The position numbers and the translations under genes are program-made. A DNA stretch of 64,000 bases, from NCBI RefSeq assembly GCF_009914755.1, contig NC_060935.1; one strand, written 5' to 3'. The notes beneath the pieces are model-generated. The model made no database searches, was not told the DNA's origin, and saw only the letters and a program-made list of their open reading frames with translations. Within the stretch, counting starts at the first letter, position 1. Every line of letters begins with the position of its first letter. The stretch is from the human T2T-CHM13v2.0 reference genome, Homo sapiens. Shown one piece after another: positions 17,360-45,200 of the stretch.

Positions 17360-18376
17360 TGTAGGCAAAAGAAAGGGAGATCAGACTGTTACTGTGTCTA
17401 TGTAGAAAGGAAAGACATAAGAGACTCCATTTTGAAAAAGACCTCTACTTTAAATAATTGCTTTGCTGAGATGTTAATTTGTAGCTTTGCCCCAGCCACT
17501 TTGACCCAACCACTTTGATCCAATCTGGAGCTCACAAAAACATGTGTTGTATGAAATCAAGGTTTAAGGGATCTAGGGCTGTGCAGGACATACCTTGTTA
17601 ACAAAATGTTTACAAGCAGTATACTTGGTAAAAGTCATCGCCATTCTCTAGTCTCAATAAACCAGGGACACAATGCACTGCGGAAAGCCGCAGGGACCCC
17701 TGCCCTTGAAAGCGGGGTATTGTCCAAGGTTTCTCCCCATGTGATAGTCTGAAATATGGCCTCGTGGGATGAGAAAGATCTGACCGTCACCCTGCCCGAC
17801 ACCCGTAAAGGGTCTGTGCTGAGGTGGATTAGTAAAAGAGGAAAGCCTCTTGCAGTTGAGATAGAGGAAGGCCACTGTCTCCTGCCTGCCCCTGGGAACT
17901 GAATGTCTCGGTATAAAACCCAATTGTACATTTGTTCAATTCTGAGATAGGAGAAAAACCACCCTATGGTGGGAAGCCAGACATGTTTGCAGCAATGCTG
18001 CCTTGTTATTCTTTACTCCACTGAGATGTTTGGGTGGAGAGAAACATAAATCTGGCTTACCTGCACGTCCAGTCATAGTACCTTCCCTTGAACTTAATTA
18101 TGACGTAGATTCTATTGTTCACGTGTTTTTCTCCTTACTATCACCCTGCCCTCCTACTACATTCCTTTTTACTGAAATAATGAAGATAATAATCAATAAA
18201 AACTGAGGGAACTCAGAGACCGGTGCCGGTGCAGGTCCTTGGTATGTTGAACGCCGGTCCCCTGGGCCCACTGTTGTTTCTATACACTTTGTCTCTGTGT
18301 CTTATTTCTTTTCTCAGTCTCTTGTCCCACCCGACTAGAAATACCCACAGGTGTGGAGGGGCAGGCCACCCCTTCA
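17360..18376 (+). mobile_element. HERV-K(HML-2) solo LTR (LTR5A-like)
   Basis: TGTAGG..AAAGAAAG.GAGATCAGACTGTTACTGTGTCTATGTAGAAAG start, GGCCACCCCTTCA end; 5-bp TSD TCTTC at 17355-17359 and 18377-18381; TATAAAA 17912, AATAAA 18195. Confidence 0.92.
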
Positions 18377-19159
18377 TCTTCCTTTCAGGAACACCTTTGC
18401 TTTCACTTCATATCTACCACAGTGTGGAGCAGGTTAATTTGTGAATAGGGAAACACATGAGTCAGACATTCATGACTCCAACAGAATAAGTCCGTTTTCT
18501 TCTCTGTCTCGCTATAAAGACTAAGCCTCACCCACATGATGTGTCACCAGTGTGCAGGGGCAGCTGCTGCAGCCTGGGGACAAGAACATCAAATGTCCGA
18601 GTCTGAGCTGCCTGGTTCGTGTTGGATCTGTTGTTTACCAGCTGGGGGACCTTGGCAAGTTACGTAACATGTATCACACAGTGGCAGTGTGAAAATTAAA
18701 TACGGATAAAGTGTCTAGCCAAAAGTCTGGCATTTAGCCGTACTCAGTAAATGCAAATTATTTCCTTTCCTGTCAGAACCTGCTACTTGGCAGCAGCAAC
18801 AAACAGGAATGGAAGCTGGTATGATTACCATCTATTTATAGCTGCTGTCCCAGCAGCAAGGGGAGCCTGGGGAGGAAGCACCTCCCTCTGGGGATATTCT
18901 GTGTCTGGGTAGGTTCCTTGGATTGAGGAATTTAAAATTATTTTGTAAAATTAATATTTGTGGGCTTTTTGTAATAAAAATATTAAGTGATAAATTTATA
19001 AAATGTGTAAAATGCGTAAAATGCATAGGTAAGCACAAATAAGGAAATAAAAACTATGCATAATTTTATCACCAAAATAATCATGTTAACATTTTGTGGT
19101 CTACACATATACACACACACACGCACACACACACGCACATATTTCTATATATTCTTTGG

Positions 19160-19582
<423 letters not shown>

Positions 19583-20058
19583 TAACAAAAACTGACAATT
19601 CTTAACAATATTTCAATGGACATTTTCATAAATCTTTGTACGTATTCATGATACATTAGGTAGATTCCTGGAGATAAGGTGCTGGGTCAAAGTATGCATA
19701 TGTTTAAAAGCATGAAACATAAAGTCATGTTGCCCTTCAAAAAGATTATATCAACGTATATTTCCAGAACATCAATCATTCTTGTGATCTCAGAGCTGAG
19801 GAGTGATTTTAGTTTATGAATTTATTCATCAAATATGTATTGATGGCTCCCTGTATGGCTTTTTTGCTGGTCATGGGACCCTCCCCCAGATTTCACACCC
19901 ACATCCGATATTGGACACACCCTCTAAACCCAAACATTGCCAATTCCTGGCACCTGCCTCAGCTGCTGCTCAGAATACTGAAACAAGAGCCCTCTCCCAA
20001 TGTGAAAGATCTTCCACTCAAGCCTCCTGAAAAGTAGTCCCTGCTAACCAGTCACTGA

Positions 20059-20793
<735 letters not shown>

Positions 20794-21504
20794 GACTGGC
20801 TTCTGCCAAGGATCTCTGGAATAAAGGAATGTCTGTAGACTCCTTTCTCACTCTAGGTTTGTTTGCTTCATTTTGGGGCTGGTGGTCACTGTCCCACTTA
20901 TCAAGGATGTGATTGTCTTGATGATATGGTAGTCCTCATTTCAGAATAAAAAATCAGGGCACAGTGTCTAACAAATGTATTTTTCTGATTTGAGATTTTA
21001 TTTAGATAAAAATGCTTTAAAAAACTCATAACCTTAATTACATATTTGATTCTTTTATTACTAAGGAAAAATATATTACAAAATTGCAACCATCAGAGAA
21101 AATCTAGTGTGAAGAGGCACTTACTGTTCTGAATAGGTTACAAAAATAAAACTTGAAGAAGGTACCTTGGCAAAGGAAAATGAATTATTGTTCCAGAACA
21201 GCATCTTAGGACAGAAATTCTCTTTGTGTCCATTTTCAGCCTCAGGTGTACCATTTGAAAGACAACTTCACAATATACCTTTGCTGTTTTATAGATCCTT
21301 AATATCCCAAAGGAGAGACATAGGCTTGTTTCTGCTACATTGTGAGGCGATGAGCAGTCTACTCTGTCTTCCCCACCTGAAGGTTAACAGTCAGTCTGAG
21401 TGAGTGGTAGGGTGACCAACCCTCCTGGTTTGCCCAGAACAAGGTACTTTTGGTGCTAAAACTAGGAAAGTCCCAAGCAAACTGGGACCCAGTGATTACC
21501 TTAG

Positions 21505-24340
<2,836 letters not shown>

Positions 24341-24990
24341 AGCTTCTCACTGAAGTCGATGGAAAAACCAAAGACCGTCAAATAAAACCCTCCTTTGTGC
24401 TTATGTTGAGGTTTAAACAGGGTCTTTGTTGCCAGGTGGCTCACCTGCTCCTGCTGGTGGCTTGCAGCCCTCACCTGAATCCCGCATTTGCAGGTGCTAA
24501 TATTTTTTCATCAGCAAGTGATTATGGCTTCCTCTGCAGAGAAATGGACACTAAAGATTTGTTAAGAAAATATTCTGTCTTCCCAACTCTCTTTATAAAG
24601 GACAAAAGGAATTTTTTAAATGGGTGTGGGTAGAAACTCTTGATGACATACTGGCCATGTGGCCAACAGCATGTCCTTCCCTGAGAGGGAATGTGATCTG
24701 CAGTCTAGTGGGAATCCACATTTAGAGAAAGAGTTTGAGGAAGGAGATGCTGTTCACCTAAAACTGCCACTGTTGTTAGCCACCTGCTTTGAAGGGGAAA
24801 ATAATGAGGAATAAAAATAGAACTAATTAAATCATAACTTCAACACAGCTTTTTGTCATATAGATCTGTGGCAGATTATTCTCACATCAAAAACATTTCT
24901 TTATTGTGGTTACACATGGAGAGATGTGTAGTCATATGTATCAGAAAGAGAAAGAAACATTAATCAATCACTATTTCAAGCCAGAAGTAT

Positions 24991-25038
24991 TGTGCAAGGT
25001 AGTGGAGGAAAATATGTGCAAGGTAGTGGAGGAAAATA
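24991..25038. repeat. perfect 24-bp tandem duplication
   Basis: TGTGCAAGGTAGTGGAGGAAAATA x2. Confidence 0.9.
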
Positions 25039-26260
25039 ACTTAGGGATTCACCAAATTTGATGCAGTTAGAGTTTAGGAACTTGGTGCTATCTTCTCCAT
25101 CAAACTATCTTTGGGTTTGAAAGTTTCACCATTGGGAGTGAAGGCATTCCAGAAGGTCTCTATTAAAATACTCATCTGTAACCCTTCTGAGCTTCTGAAT
25201 TAGCTCTAGGGAAAAGTCTTAAGGGAACCTGATTTGGGAATGGGAAAGAAGTCAAAATGGTTTCACGGGCTTCTGGCCAGGAGACGTGTCCTCGCAGCCA
25301 GGATTGGGACAATAAGAAACTCTGTTAGGAAAATGTTTGTTTGCAGTCACTGGTCTCACAGGGAACTAAAAGAAGATGTAGTTTCCTTTCTACTCCATCA
25401 ATTGATGGATTATTTTTTAACCCAGTTGTTTTTGTCATGATCCCATCTACATTTATAGGATGTGGAACGAACTTTTCTGTTGCCCAGAGTTTTGAGTAAA
25501 GCCTCAAAGCCCTGTCCCATAGGTGACAGTGCCTTATATTCTAAAGAGAGGGGCTGCTAAGAGGTGTCCAAACTGGTCCACCTTCACTCCCAACATCCTA
25601 TAGGAGACAAGAGTCCAGACACACTAAGGGAGGATTCCTGGAAGGGAATTCATAACAGTCTAGAGTATTATTATGTTCTCTGTCCTTCCTAGTGAGGAAT
25701 GGGATGGAGGTGGACCTTGAGAAAGCCACTTGCAGATCCAAGTTGTTCCCAGGAGGGAAGACTGGCATCTGAGACACCCCCCATCCCAAACCTGCTGAGC
25801 CACAGAAACTCCGTGGGCCCGCTCCTGCTGCAACCAGAATGGAGCCCAAGAAAGCTCTTGGGAAAACCTAGGCAGAGGCCTAGAGGCAGGTGTGTGACCT
25901 CCACTGAAGCAGCCTGAAAGCAGGAGGCTTGTTGGAGTGGGCCAGCAGCAGCACCTGCACTTCTGCCTTTTACTAGGACAAGGTGGTGAACGTCCTATAC
26001 CCAAATGGGTGGTGAAGAAGGCAATCGGGGTGATGTTCCAAAGTGCCATTGGAAAGTGTGGATGACTAGGGCAGGACCCAAGAGGAATGATAAGAGGTCA
26101 GCCAGAAAACCCAAAGACATCAGGGAATGAATGGCCTGTGAAGGTTTTCTACAGGGCTCTCTGAAAAGCCCATAAAATGCCCCCTACAAGACCTAGTAAC
26201 AAGACCTAGTAATTGGGTTCCTGTCATAATAAAGGACATTGAATCAAGAGACTATTATAA

Positions 26261-28862
<2,602 letters not shown>

Positions 28863-29476
28863 AAGGGTGCTAAAAGGAAGACATGGTAACATCCTTAAAA
28901 TCTCTTAATTCTCACCTATGCTTGTGTCCCTTTACTATATACACACACACACACATATCTCTCTTAAGCCAGTTCTACTCAGACTTATAGTAAGTCAATG
29001 TGTCAGTTTATTGTTCGACAACTTAAAAAGAAGGTAGAGAATTTTTTTAAAGGCTCAGGAAAAAGTAATGTAATGATTGATTAGCTCAGAACTTCAACTT
29101 ATGAGAAAACCTTAAGGAACTGATGGGTTTTTGGTAATTAAAGGAAAGGCTAACTATACAGAAAATTATATATATATATATATATATATTTCTATATCTC
29201 CACTAGAGTCAAGTTTAACATGAAGAATGTGCAGGAGATAAAAAGTATTAATTTAAAAGGTATGTAACCTTTAATCTATCATTGAAGGAGGTTCTACAGA
29301 CTTTTTTTTTTTTCTTGGCTCGTGTAATGATCTTTAATGCGTATTGAAAAATTACTATTCTCAAGTAAGGATAATGTATATCTCAGGTCACTTACAGTCT
29401 CAAAGTTTTGTCAGTATACTTTAAAACAATCCTGCGAACAGATCTAGATTGAAGGAGACTAAAGAATCATGAACTC

Positions 29477-30336
29477 GAGGAGGCGCCGGGGCAGGCGCAG
29501 AGCTGGCAAGCACGTGGTGGGGCCCCTGAGGCGTGCATAGGGTCGCGCGCCTGGGAGCTTGTCGCTCGCGCGGTCCGGGAGGGAGGTTCGGCGGCGGGAG
29601 GCAGCATGTCGGTTGCAGGGCTGAAGAAGCAGTTCTACAAGGCCAGCCAGCTGGTCAGTGAGAAGGTCGGAGGGGCTGAGGGGACCAAGCTGGACGATGA
29701 CTTCAAAGAGATGGCGATGTCATCAGCAAGGCGGTGACGGAAATGCTGGCAAGGACCATCAAGTACCTGCAGCCCAACCCAGCCTCGCAGGCTAAGCTGA
29801 CCATGCTGAACGCGGTGTGCAAGATCCGGGGCCAGGTGAAGAACCCCGGCTACCCGCAGTCGGAGGGGCTCCTGAGCGAGTGCCTGATCCGCCACCAGAA
29901 GGAGCTAGGCAACGAGTCCAACTTCAGTGACGCACTGCTGGATGCCGGCGAGTCCATGAAGCACCTGGCAGAGGTGAAGGACTCCCTGGACATAGAGGTC
30001 AAGCAGAACTTCATTGACCTCCTCCAGAACCTGTGTGAGAAAGACCTGAAGGGGATCCAGCACCACCTGTAGAAGCTGGAGGGCCGCCGCCTGGACTTAG
30101 ACTAAAAGAAGCGGCAGGACAAGATCCCCGATGAGGAGCTGCGCCAGGCGCTGGAGAAGTCTGAGGACTCCAAGGAGGTAGCAGAAACCAGCATGCGGTC
30201 CTGGACACCGACATTGAGCAGGTGAGTCAACTCCCGGTCCTGGGGGAGGCGCAGCTGTACTACCACTGGCAGGCCTTGCAGATCCTAGACGAGCTGGCAG
30301 CGAAGCTCAAGCGCAGGATGCGGAAATCTTCCTCAC
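29477..30336 (+). pseudogene. SH3GL1 (endophilin A2) processed pseudogene, 5'UTR + N-BAR part, lacking the 3' part
   Basis: ATG 29606 [36 protein letters not shown]; [33 protein letters not shown]; intronless; frameshifting deletion ~29715; stops 30070-30072 and 30104-30106; ends at KRRMR.SS. Confidence 0.93.
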
Positions 30337-30376
30337 ATCAAATATTTGAAAACAAACTAGAAACTGTCCAACCGCA

Positions 30377-36400
<6,024 letters not shown>

Positions 36401-36743
36401 CAATTAATTCCCCCTTCTATCCTACCCTTGCTACATTCCCAGCACTCCACTTGATCTCTCTTATTCATTTAATTGTTTTATTGTATGTTATCTATCTCGT
36501 ATGTTCTTGAAGTGGATAGGGTAAAAATGAGTTAGTATGCCTGCTAGTTCTTAAAGGAGCTAACAAATCCAAACAGAAGATGATTGCAATTCCAGTTAAC
36601 CCAGTCTAAATCCAGTCTCAAGAGAATTTATGCTGAGGTGAAGTATCCTGCTCAAACTCTTGAATCATTTTGGGTAAGGGTCACATAGGTTTCTTCTTCC
36701 CCATATCCTTATTCTTCTCAACCCTTTAAAAAGGTAAAAACCA

Positions 36744-37046
<303 letters not shown>

Positions 37047-37171
37047 TTAGCCTGACAGCTGGGTAACAAACAAACAAACCAGTCTGAGACCTTAGTTTGT
37101 GGAGGCCTTTGGTTGTACCTAAAGGCAGCCAGCTACTGTTAGGAATAAGAAACTATTAATAGTTCTCAGCA

Positions 37172-37184
37172 CTCCCCCTGGTGG
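37172..37184 (-). promoter_or_regulatory. candidate CTCF site downstream of USP28
   Basis: Minus strand CCACCAGGGGGAG matches the CTCF core. Confidence 0.55.
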
Positions 37185-37670
37185 ATCCAAATGATACAGA
37201 CTACTCAGCACCATACACTCCAGATGTCCATCCATTCCTTTCTTTGCCAACTGTAGATTCCCAATAGCTGATCAGGAAATAACTACTGTTAAGGAGACAC
37301 AAAACAAAATATTTCACACGATTACCAAGGACAGTTGAACATCTATTAAAAGCACAGGCTATGAAGTCAGACACACCAAGGATTAGTGTCCTAGTTCTAC
37401 CACTTACAAGATCTACGACCTTGGATAAATCATGGTCCCTATCGTCATCCCAGGGTTAAAATAATATAACTGAAGCACTGCACACAGGACTCAATATTGA
37501 CAGGGATTAAAAAGTGAAAGGCAAATGGTGGCACACAGGATGTTAAACTGTAAAGGGTAATCAGTAAGAAAATTGATCAACTTCCCATGAAACAATCTTT
37601 GCGATGAGTTTTAAAACACTAAAGCACCTCTGAATATCTGTAAAGCATGGCCTACCATTAATCAAAATAC

Positions 37671-37901
37671 ATTTTGACCCTTGAAAAACACAGGTTTGAA
37701 CTGCATGAGTCCCATGAGGATTTTTTTCAACCAAATGCAGATTGAAAATAGAGTATTCACAGCATGTGAAAACCCAAGTGTATGGAGGGTCAACTTTTCC
37801 TATATGTGGGTTCTGCAAAGCCAACTACAGAATTTGAGTATGCATGGATTTTGGTATATGCAGGGGTCCCAGCAATTGCCGGTGTCTGCTGAGGAATGAC
37901 T
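37671..37901 (+). mobile_element. MER8 (TcMar-Tigger MITE)
   Basis: TGACCCTTGAA.AACACAGGTTTGAACTGC...GGATTTTGGTAT..GCAGGGGTCC. Confidence 0.7.
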
Positions 37902-38223
37902 ACATAAGAAACTCCATTCTAAGAAAATTGCTGTTTTTGCATTCAAAAATTTGACAAAGTAGATAAGCTTACATGCAATGCAAATAGCCAATGAGATTAA
38001 AAAGCTTCAGTTACCACTAGGTGCTGCTCAATAATTGACTGTTGCCTTTTATTTCAAACACTGGCGCGTCAGTCCCCATCCAGTTTATCAACCCTCTAAT
38101 CTGCTTTTTGGTTTTAAAGAAGAAAAATTGGAACAAGACAAATACCAAGTATGTCCATTTCCCAAATGGAAAATATATATTTAAATAAAGACCATACTGC
38201 ACACCAAAGGTAAAACAAATACT

Positions 38224-38229
38224 TTTATT
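38224..38229 (-). terminator. USP28: USP28 poly(A) signal AATAAA
   Basis: TTTATT on plus, ~1.35 kb after the stop; U/GU-rich sequence downstream on minus. Confidence 0.75.
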
Positions 38230-38467
38230 GCACATTTATAAAATCTGCATAGTTGTATCAATTTTTTTCCCTTTCATGATTCCATTAATCTTTAAAATTT
38301 GGTTAAAACACAATATCCAATCAGAAGCCTTTTAAAAATGATCAATGGGAAGTATTTTTCTCTACATATACATATATATATAGTTTTGCATATGTATGCT
38401 GGTTTTTTTTTTTTTTTTTTTTTTTTTGTACAAACCCACATCCCTTACTTTTAAGGGCAAAAAAGAA

Positions 38468-38851
<384 letters not shown>

Positions 38852-39575
38852 TTACCTAAATGCCTAATAACTATTAATGGATGATCTTCAGTCAAGTTAC
38901 ACAATGCTCTTCTGTCTAAAGTCCTTAATACTTTACTTTCTTTCACTGAGGACTGAGTATGAGGTTTTCTGGTTTAAAGATAGAAAAGAAAGGAGAGAGA
39001 CAGGTCTCTTTTGACTTTTCAACATCTCACTGCCATGTGAGCTTATATTCTACCCACATGTAAAAGGGTGCAGTTCATCAGCAACCCATTTTGTTATCTC
39101 CTGGCAAGAGCCAGGCAAGGTTTATATTTCTAATCTCTTGTAGTTAAGAATTTTTAAATGTCATCTGTATTTGATAAAATAACTAGTAGCTGTTCATCTG
39201 GTTCAGGTTCTCATGAATCATTCTTCTATTCTGCTGTCAAAAATATTTATGCCTGAAGGATAATTTTAAAAGTGGCAAGAGGCTTAGAAAAGCCTAAGCA
39301 TTGTTGTAGGTACAAGGCATTTCAGGTCTTCTGGCGTAATTCAACACCTTAATACACTGCTTTCTGCCTTTTCTAGTGAAACAGCTTTTATGATTTTGTA
39401 CCTAAAAAGTGCAATTTTATTTTCAATCCTTCTTTACACATGCAGCATGGTTGGGGTCTGATCGGAATCTTATGTGCCCACCTAATCCTTTTCCCAAGGT
39501 GAGCACTATGACAACGAACTTCTGTGCAAGAGGCAGGCAGCCAGGAACCAGAATGGGCCTTGAACATGTGGGAGC

Positions 39576-39751
39576 TTATTTCACTGTCACAGTTGAAACT
39601 CCCTGAATTGACTCCATGACAGCTGCAAATCGGCTACATAGGTCATAGGGAGAATTGGGTCGAATAGTTGGAGGCTCTTTCAAGACGATGATTTCTGCAG
39701 AAGGATCTAGAAGTCTGGGTAGAAACTCCCCTAGGCACAGCTGCAGATTTT
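39576..39751 (-). CDS. USP28: USP28 last coding exon (25)
   Basis: NLQLCLGEFLPRLLDPSAEIIVLKEPPTIRPNSPYDLCSRFAAVMESIQGVSTVTVK-TAA; AG acceptor. Confidence 0.95.
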
Positions 39752-40246
39752 CTGTGGAGGGAAAACAGATGGTTACATATACAGCTAAACAGATTTCTGA
39801 GTAAAAGTGAACAAGCCTTCTATTAGCCCCTTACCTAACCTCAAAGGTCAAAGCATTATGCTGGCCAGTTACTAATAAATGATTATTCCTTCAGGCCAAA
39901 CCAGGAGCAAAGGCAAATAAACCAAACTTTAGCTCACTGCTATATAACAACTATATAATTACTTTATTACGAAAGGGTCTTCTAACCAATTGTCTTCTTA
40001 AAATACAAGGAAGTAGATATGATACTCTAGCATAGATATGATGGTAATTATTTTCTTTCAAATGTTTACAATATATCAGTGTATACACATGGTTTTAAAT
40101 CAGGGGTGTACAGTCTTTTGGCTTCCCTGGGCCACACATGAACCTCACTAACAATAGCTGATGAGGTTAAAAAAAAATTCATAATGTTTTAAGAAAGTTT
40201 AGAAATTTGTGTTGGGCTTCAGGTTGGACAAGCTTGGTCTAAATAA

Positions 40247-41477
<1,231 letters not shown>

Positions 41478-41818
41478 TCAGATTTTGATTTTTAAACTAT
41501 AAAAGAGTTCATCTTTTGGCACATGAGAGAGTAATGGAAGTCTGACATTCCTGGAGAGCAGTGACTTTTTTCAAACCAGGCTTGTTGGTTGCCCATGGAG
41601 GTGATTTGGCAGTCATGGGGAAGCTAAAGGGAGGTTAAGAGGGGCAGAGGCCCAGGCTCCCTCCTCTTGTTTCAATAGAGCAGATCCATTTTTAATTTAC
41701 TTATATGCTAGAAGGTTCCAATTCCTTAAAAAGGTTTGGCAACCAGTGCTATCAAGTGAGAACACTGAAATTTCTACAATTCTCAAAACCTCAGAATATT
41801 ATTACCAAGAGCATATAC

Positions 41819-42014
41819 CTGCAATATCTTGCCCAAGGTAAGAGCACCAATGGTTTCTCATGACCTCAATGGCATCCAGATCATCCTTGGAAATGTCATT
41901 ATTAATGATAAGGTGAATGCAGGGGATGATCAGTTCATTCATCACATTAATGCCCTCAGTTACGGAGTGATCATCATTTGTTTCAAAAAGAGAAGCTGCT
42001 TTGGCATTCAGCTC
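41819..42014 (-). CDS. USP28: USP28 exon 24 (196 nt)
   Basis: ELNAKAASLFETNDDHSVTEGINVMNELIIPCIHLIINNDISKDDLDAIEVMRNHWCSYLGQDIA; AG/GT. Confidence 0.95.
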
Positions 42015-43490
42015 CTACAGATAAAAGGTAGAATTAGGTGGGGAAGAGTCTGAAAAAGATAAATATCTCTTTAATAACAGTCTAAACAAGTGGTTCCCAA
42101 ACTTTACTGCACATTGGATGTACTTAGGGATCTTTAAAAACTACTGATGCCTGGTTCCCACTTCTGATAAGCTGATTTAATTAGTGTTTAGATGACCGGG
42201 ACACTGGGATTTTATGAAAGCTCCCAAAGTGATTCTAATGCTGTAAAGTTTATGACCCATTGGCCTAAACTTGTAAGTCAAGGTCATGCTTAACACCTGT
42301 TTCAACCAAAGACCTGTTCACTGGTTGTCTATCTCCTCTGAGCATCAGAATCACCTGCAGAAGACACACTGATGCCCAGGGCCCTTCCCAGGGATTCTGG
42401 TTTAATTGCTAGGGAGAGGCCTGAGCTTCACGACTGTCTGAAAGCTCCCTATATGATTCTGATGCACACTAGGGGTTGGGACTCAATAATGGAAAGAGTC
42501 TAAATCCCTATAATTGCATTACTTCAGAAGCTGAGTAGGATATTCAAAATGTCAATCTATTTGGTGATTTAAAATATAAAAACATGGCTCTAATAAAATT
42601 CAGATCCATCAAACCAAGATCCCTTTTCAGCTTCAAAGTGGCCCTGCCACACCTATAACTAATACAGATGTCAAAGTATAAATCAGAAAATAAAGCTATT
42701 GAGTATATGTCATGACTTAATCTCACCCATTCGGTATGAACAAGGTAAAGGCAGTGGTAGAAATATTGGCCTGACTTCTGTGAAGGGCAAATTTGCTGGG
42801 TATTGGTGAAAACACACACAAGCCCACACTCTGAAGGCAGGCCACCCCTTTACAGTTCTCCAAAGGACACACATCACATAAACCCCTGGGGAGGCAAGGG
42901 GATGTAGGTCTGCCTTTCCATGTAGTTATACAGTGCAAATCAGGCCAGGAGAGAGTTAGTCTTCACTAGTATGTGACAATGATGTTATCAGAACAGCAGG
43001 ACCAATTCTTACAGTTCCTACCTTTATTTTAAAAAAATGGAGTGTCAGAAGTCACTAAAACTTTAAGTCTACCAGCTTAAATGTGAACATGGAAAAAATG
43101 CTGCATTCCTTCCACACACATTTATTACATGCTTCCTACATGACAGGCACAGAGGAAATGGCTGAGTGAGAAAAGGATCTGAGCTCAAGGAATTTACAAC
43201 CTAGTAGGAAAGCAATGTGATAAAATCTATAATGCAGGCATACATGAAGGGCACACAGAGGGATGACTGATTCTCATCTTAACTTCTATCAGTTATCATT
43301 GAAGAAGAATGACATTCACTAAAAGTAACTGAAAAAAAACCTGTTCCAATGTAAAACTGTTCATGAGAATTTTGGGGGGAAATCTACAACCTGTTGGAGA
43401 TAGTCTGTTTTGAAAGCCATATATTTTCCTGGCTTCAAGGAGCAGAGGTAAACAACAAAAAAACCTTAAGGCTTTACAAACAGTACAAAC

Positions 43491-43614
43491 CAGAAGGCAT
43501 TTTCTTCGGTATAAAGCAATCACGGATTCTTTGACCCCCCGGCGGGGCCCCTTCATCAGCAGGGCAGCATTGCTCTGGTAGGCATATACCAGGTAGGAAA
43601 GTGCCTCTTGGTAC
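43491..43614 (-). CDS. USP28: USP28 exon 23 (124 nt)
   Basis: YQEALSYLVYAYQSNAALLMKGPRRGVKESVIALYRRKCLL; AG/GT. Confidence 0.95.
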
Positions 43615-44130
43615 CTTAGAAAAATGGGAGATAAACAACAGCTGAGTGCTCTTTTACTAAAATCTAGGGCTTAGACCTCACTTTTCCCCATTTCAAGAAC
43701 CTACTTGGCTGCAATTCTGAAAAAGTGAAGGACCAAAGACCGTAGCCAGTCTCATCTCTTCTACAAATTGGCCTAGCCATCCAAAGCAAATATGAAACTT
43801 CCCTAGGCCTCAGGTTTTCCCATCTCTAAAACAAGAAATGCTCACTAGGGTCTATGTCAACTCAAAAATTCATTTTCTGAGTTCATCTTCATTGATCACA
43901 AAGACAGCCTGGCACAATATTATCTCGCAGCTAATACATCTAATCATTTGAAGGATGAAAAACCATGTGTGATGTTTAGAGCAAAACCAAAGCACTGCAA
44001 GAGAAGAGGCACACTAGTGTATGTGACAAGGGAGGTTATGCATGGCTGTGACTCTTAGTATTCCCAGGTAGGCATCTACAGAGAACAGCATCCTGACTAA
44101 TAATCTTGGTAAAATAAAAGGCCAACATAC

Positions 44131-44210
44131 TTTCCTTTTTGATAGAGTTCTAGGCCTGTTAGGAGATACACAGACACTTTTCGGAACAAACTATAATCTT
44201 CATGCCACTT
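44131..44210 (-). CDS. USP28: USP28 exon 22 (80 nt)
   Basis: KWHEDYSLFRKVSVYLLTGLELYQKG; AG/GT; phases consistent. Confidence 0.93.
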
Positions 44211-45005
44211 CTGAAAAAGAATGACGATTATTAATAATCATGATCATAATAGATTGTTAGTGTCCTTCCCATCTAAGTTTTAAATTCATTACAAATATTT
44301 ACTGAGCACATCTGGCTAGCCACAAAAATAACAAACAAAAGCTTTCAGATAAAAACCTACTCAACATTTAAAATAAAAGTCTACCACTGACCTTAATTTT
44401 CAATGTTCTGTTCCTTTCACTTGAGTAACAGAAGTACTTATTTCCTACAAGCTTCGGATTTTATCCTAATTTCTAACAGCTATGTAAAAGATATTCAGCT
44501 CTAGCTTAAGTGAATGACCTCTTTAGGACTGGTAAAACCATCCAGATATTGAAAATATGGAAGGACACGGACATTTCTAGTCATACAGAGCAAGTTCAAG
44601 TTCAGTAAGTGTGGTGAATACACCTTGGGTGGTACATAACATTGTTTTACATGGGATGCAATTGAAAACATGTGTAGCTATGTATTTTAATGCGTATTTT
44701 TAAAACTTTATCATTTAAAACAAACCAAAAGCATGATTTCAAGAATTTTACTGCCTAGGACAAGGCTAAAATAGGTATTTAAGGGAAGTGAAATGTTGAC
44801 TCACTCTAAATGAAGAATGAAAATAAAGAGACCTGCTATTCTGAGGGCAAGAAAATATCATTTATCCATTCTTTACCAGGATTTTGAGGGGAAAGTGGAA
44901 GAACAAGTCAGTTTGTAATAGCACAAAATTGTTTATTTTGCCTCAGGTACCATTTACCTCAGGAATTAATGTTTTTGCTCTATAGACTTAAAGAAAACAC
45001 TTTAC

Positions 45006-45084
45006 CTTGTACTCTTCCATATTCATGTCATCTGGACCAATTTCCTTCAGTTTCGCTTGAGCCACCTTCATAATGCTGATTGAT
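45006..45084 (-). CDS. USP28: USP28 exon 21 (79 nt)
   Basis: SISIMKVAQAKLKEIGPDDMNMEEYK; AG/GT. Confidence 0.93.
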
Positions 45085-45200
45085 CTGTGTGGGACAAAGT
45101 TCAGAAAGCAATGAAAAGGCACAGGGCAAAACTTCCCCAACAGAGGAGTCCATCTAGCCCAACCCAGACCAAGGGATTCACCTGAATATTCTCTTCTCAC

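Noticed and set aside
25200-26160. Repeat-free, moderately GC-rich stretch with 70-130 aa ORFs
   Set aside because: No recognisable protein homology, TSD or poly(A); cannot be supported without a search.
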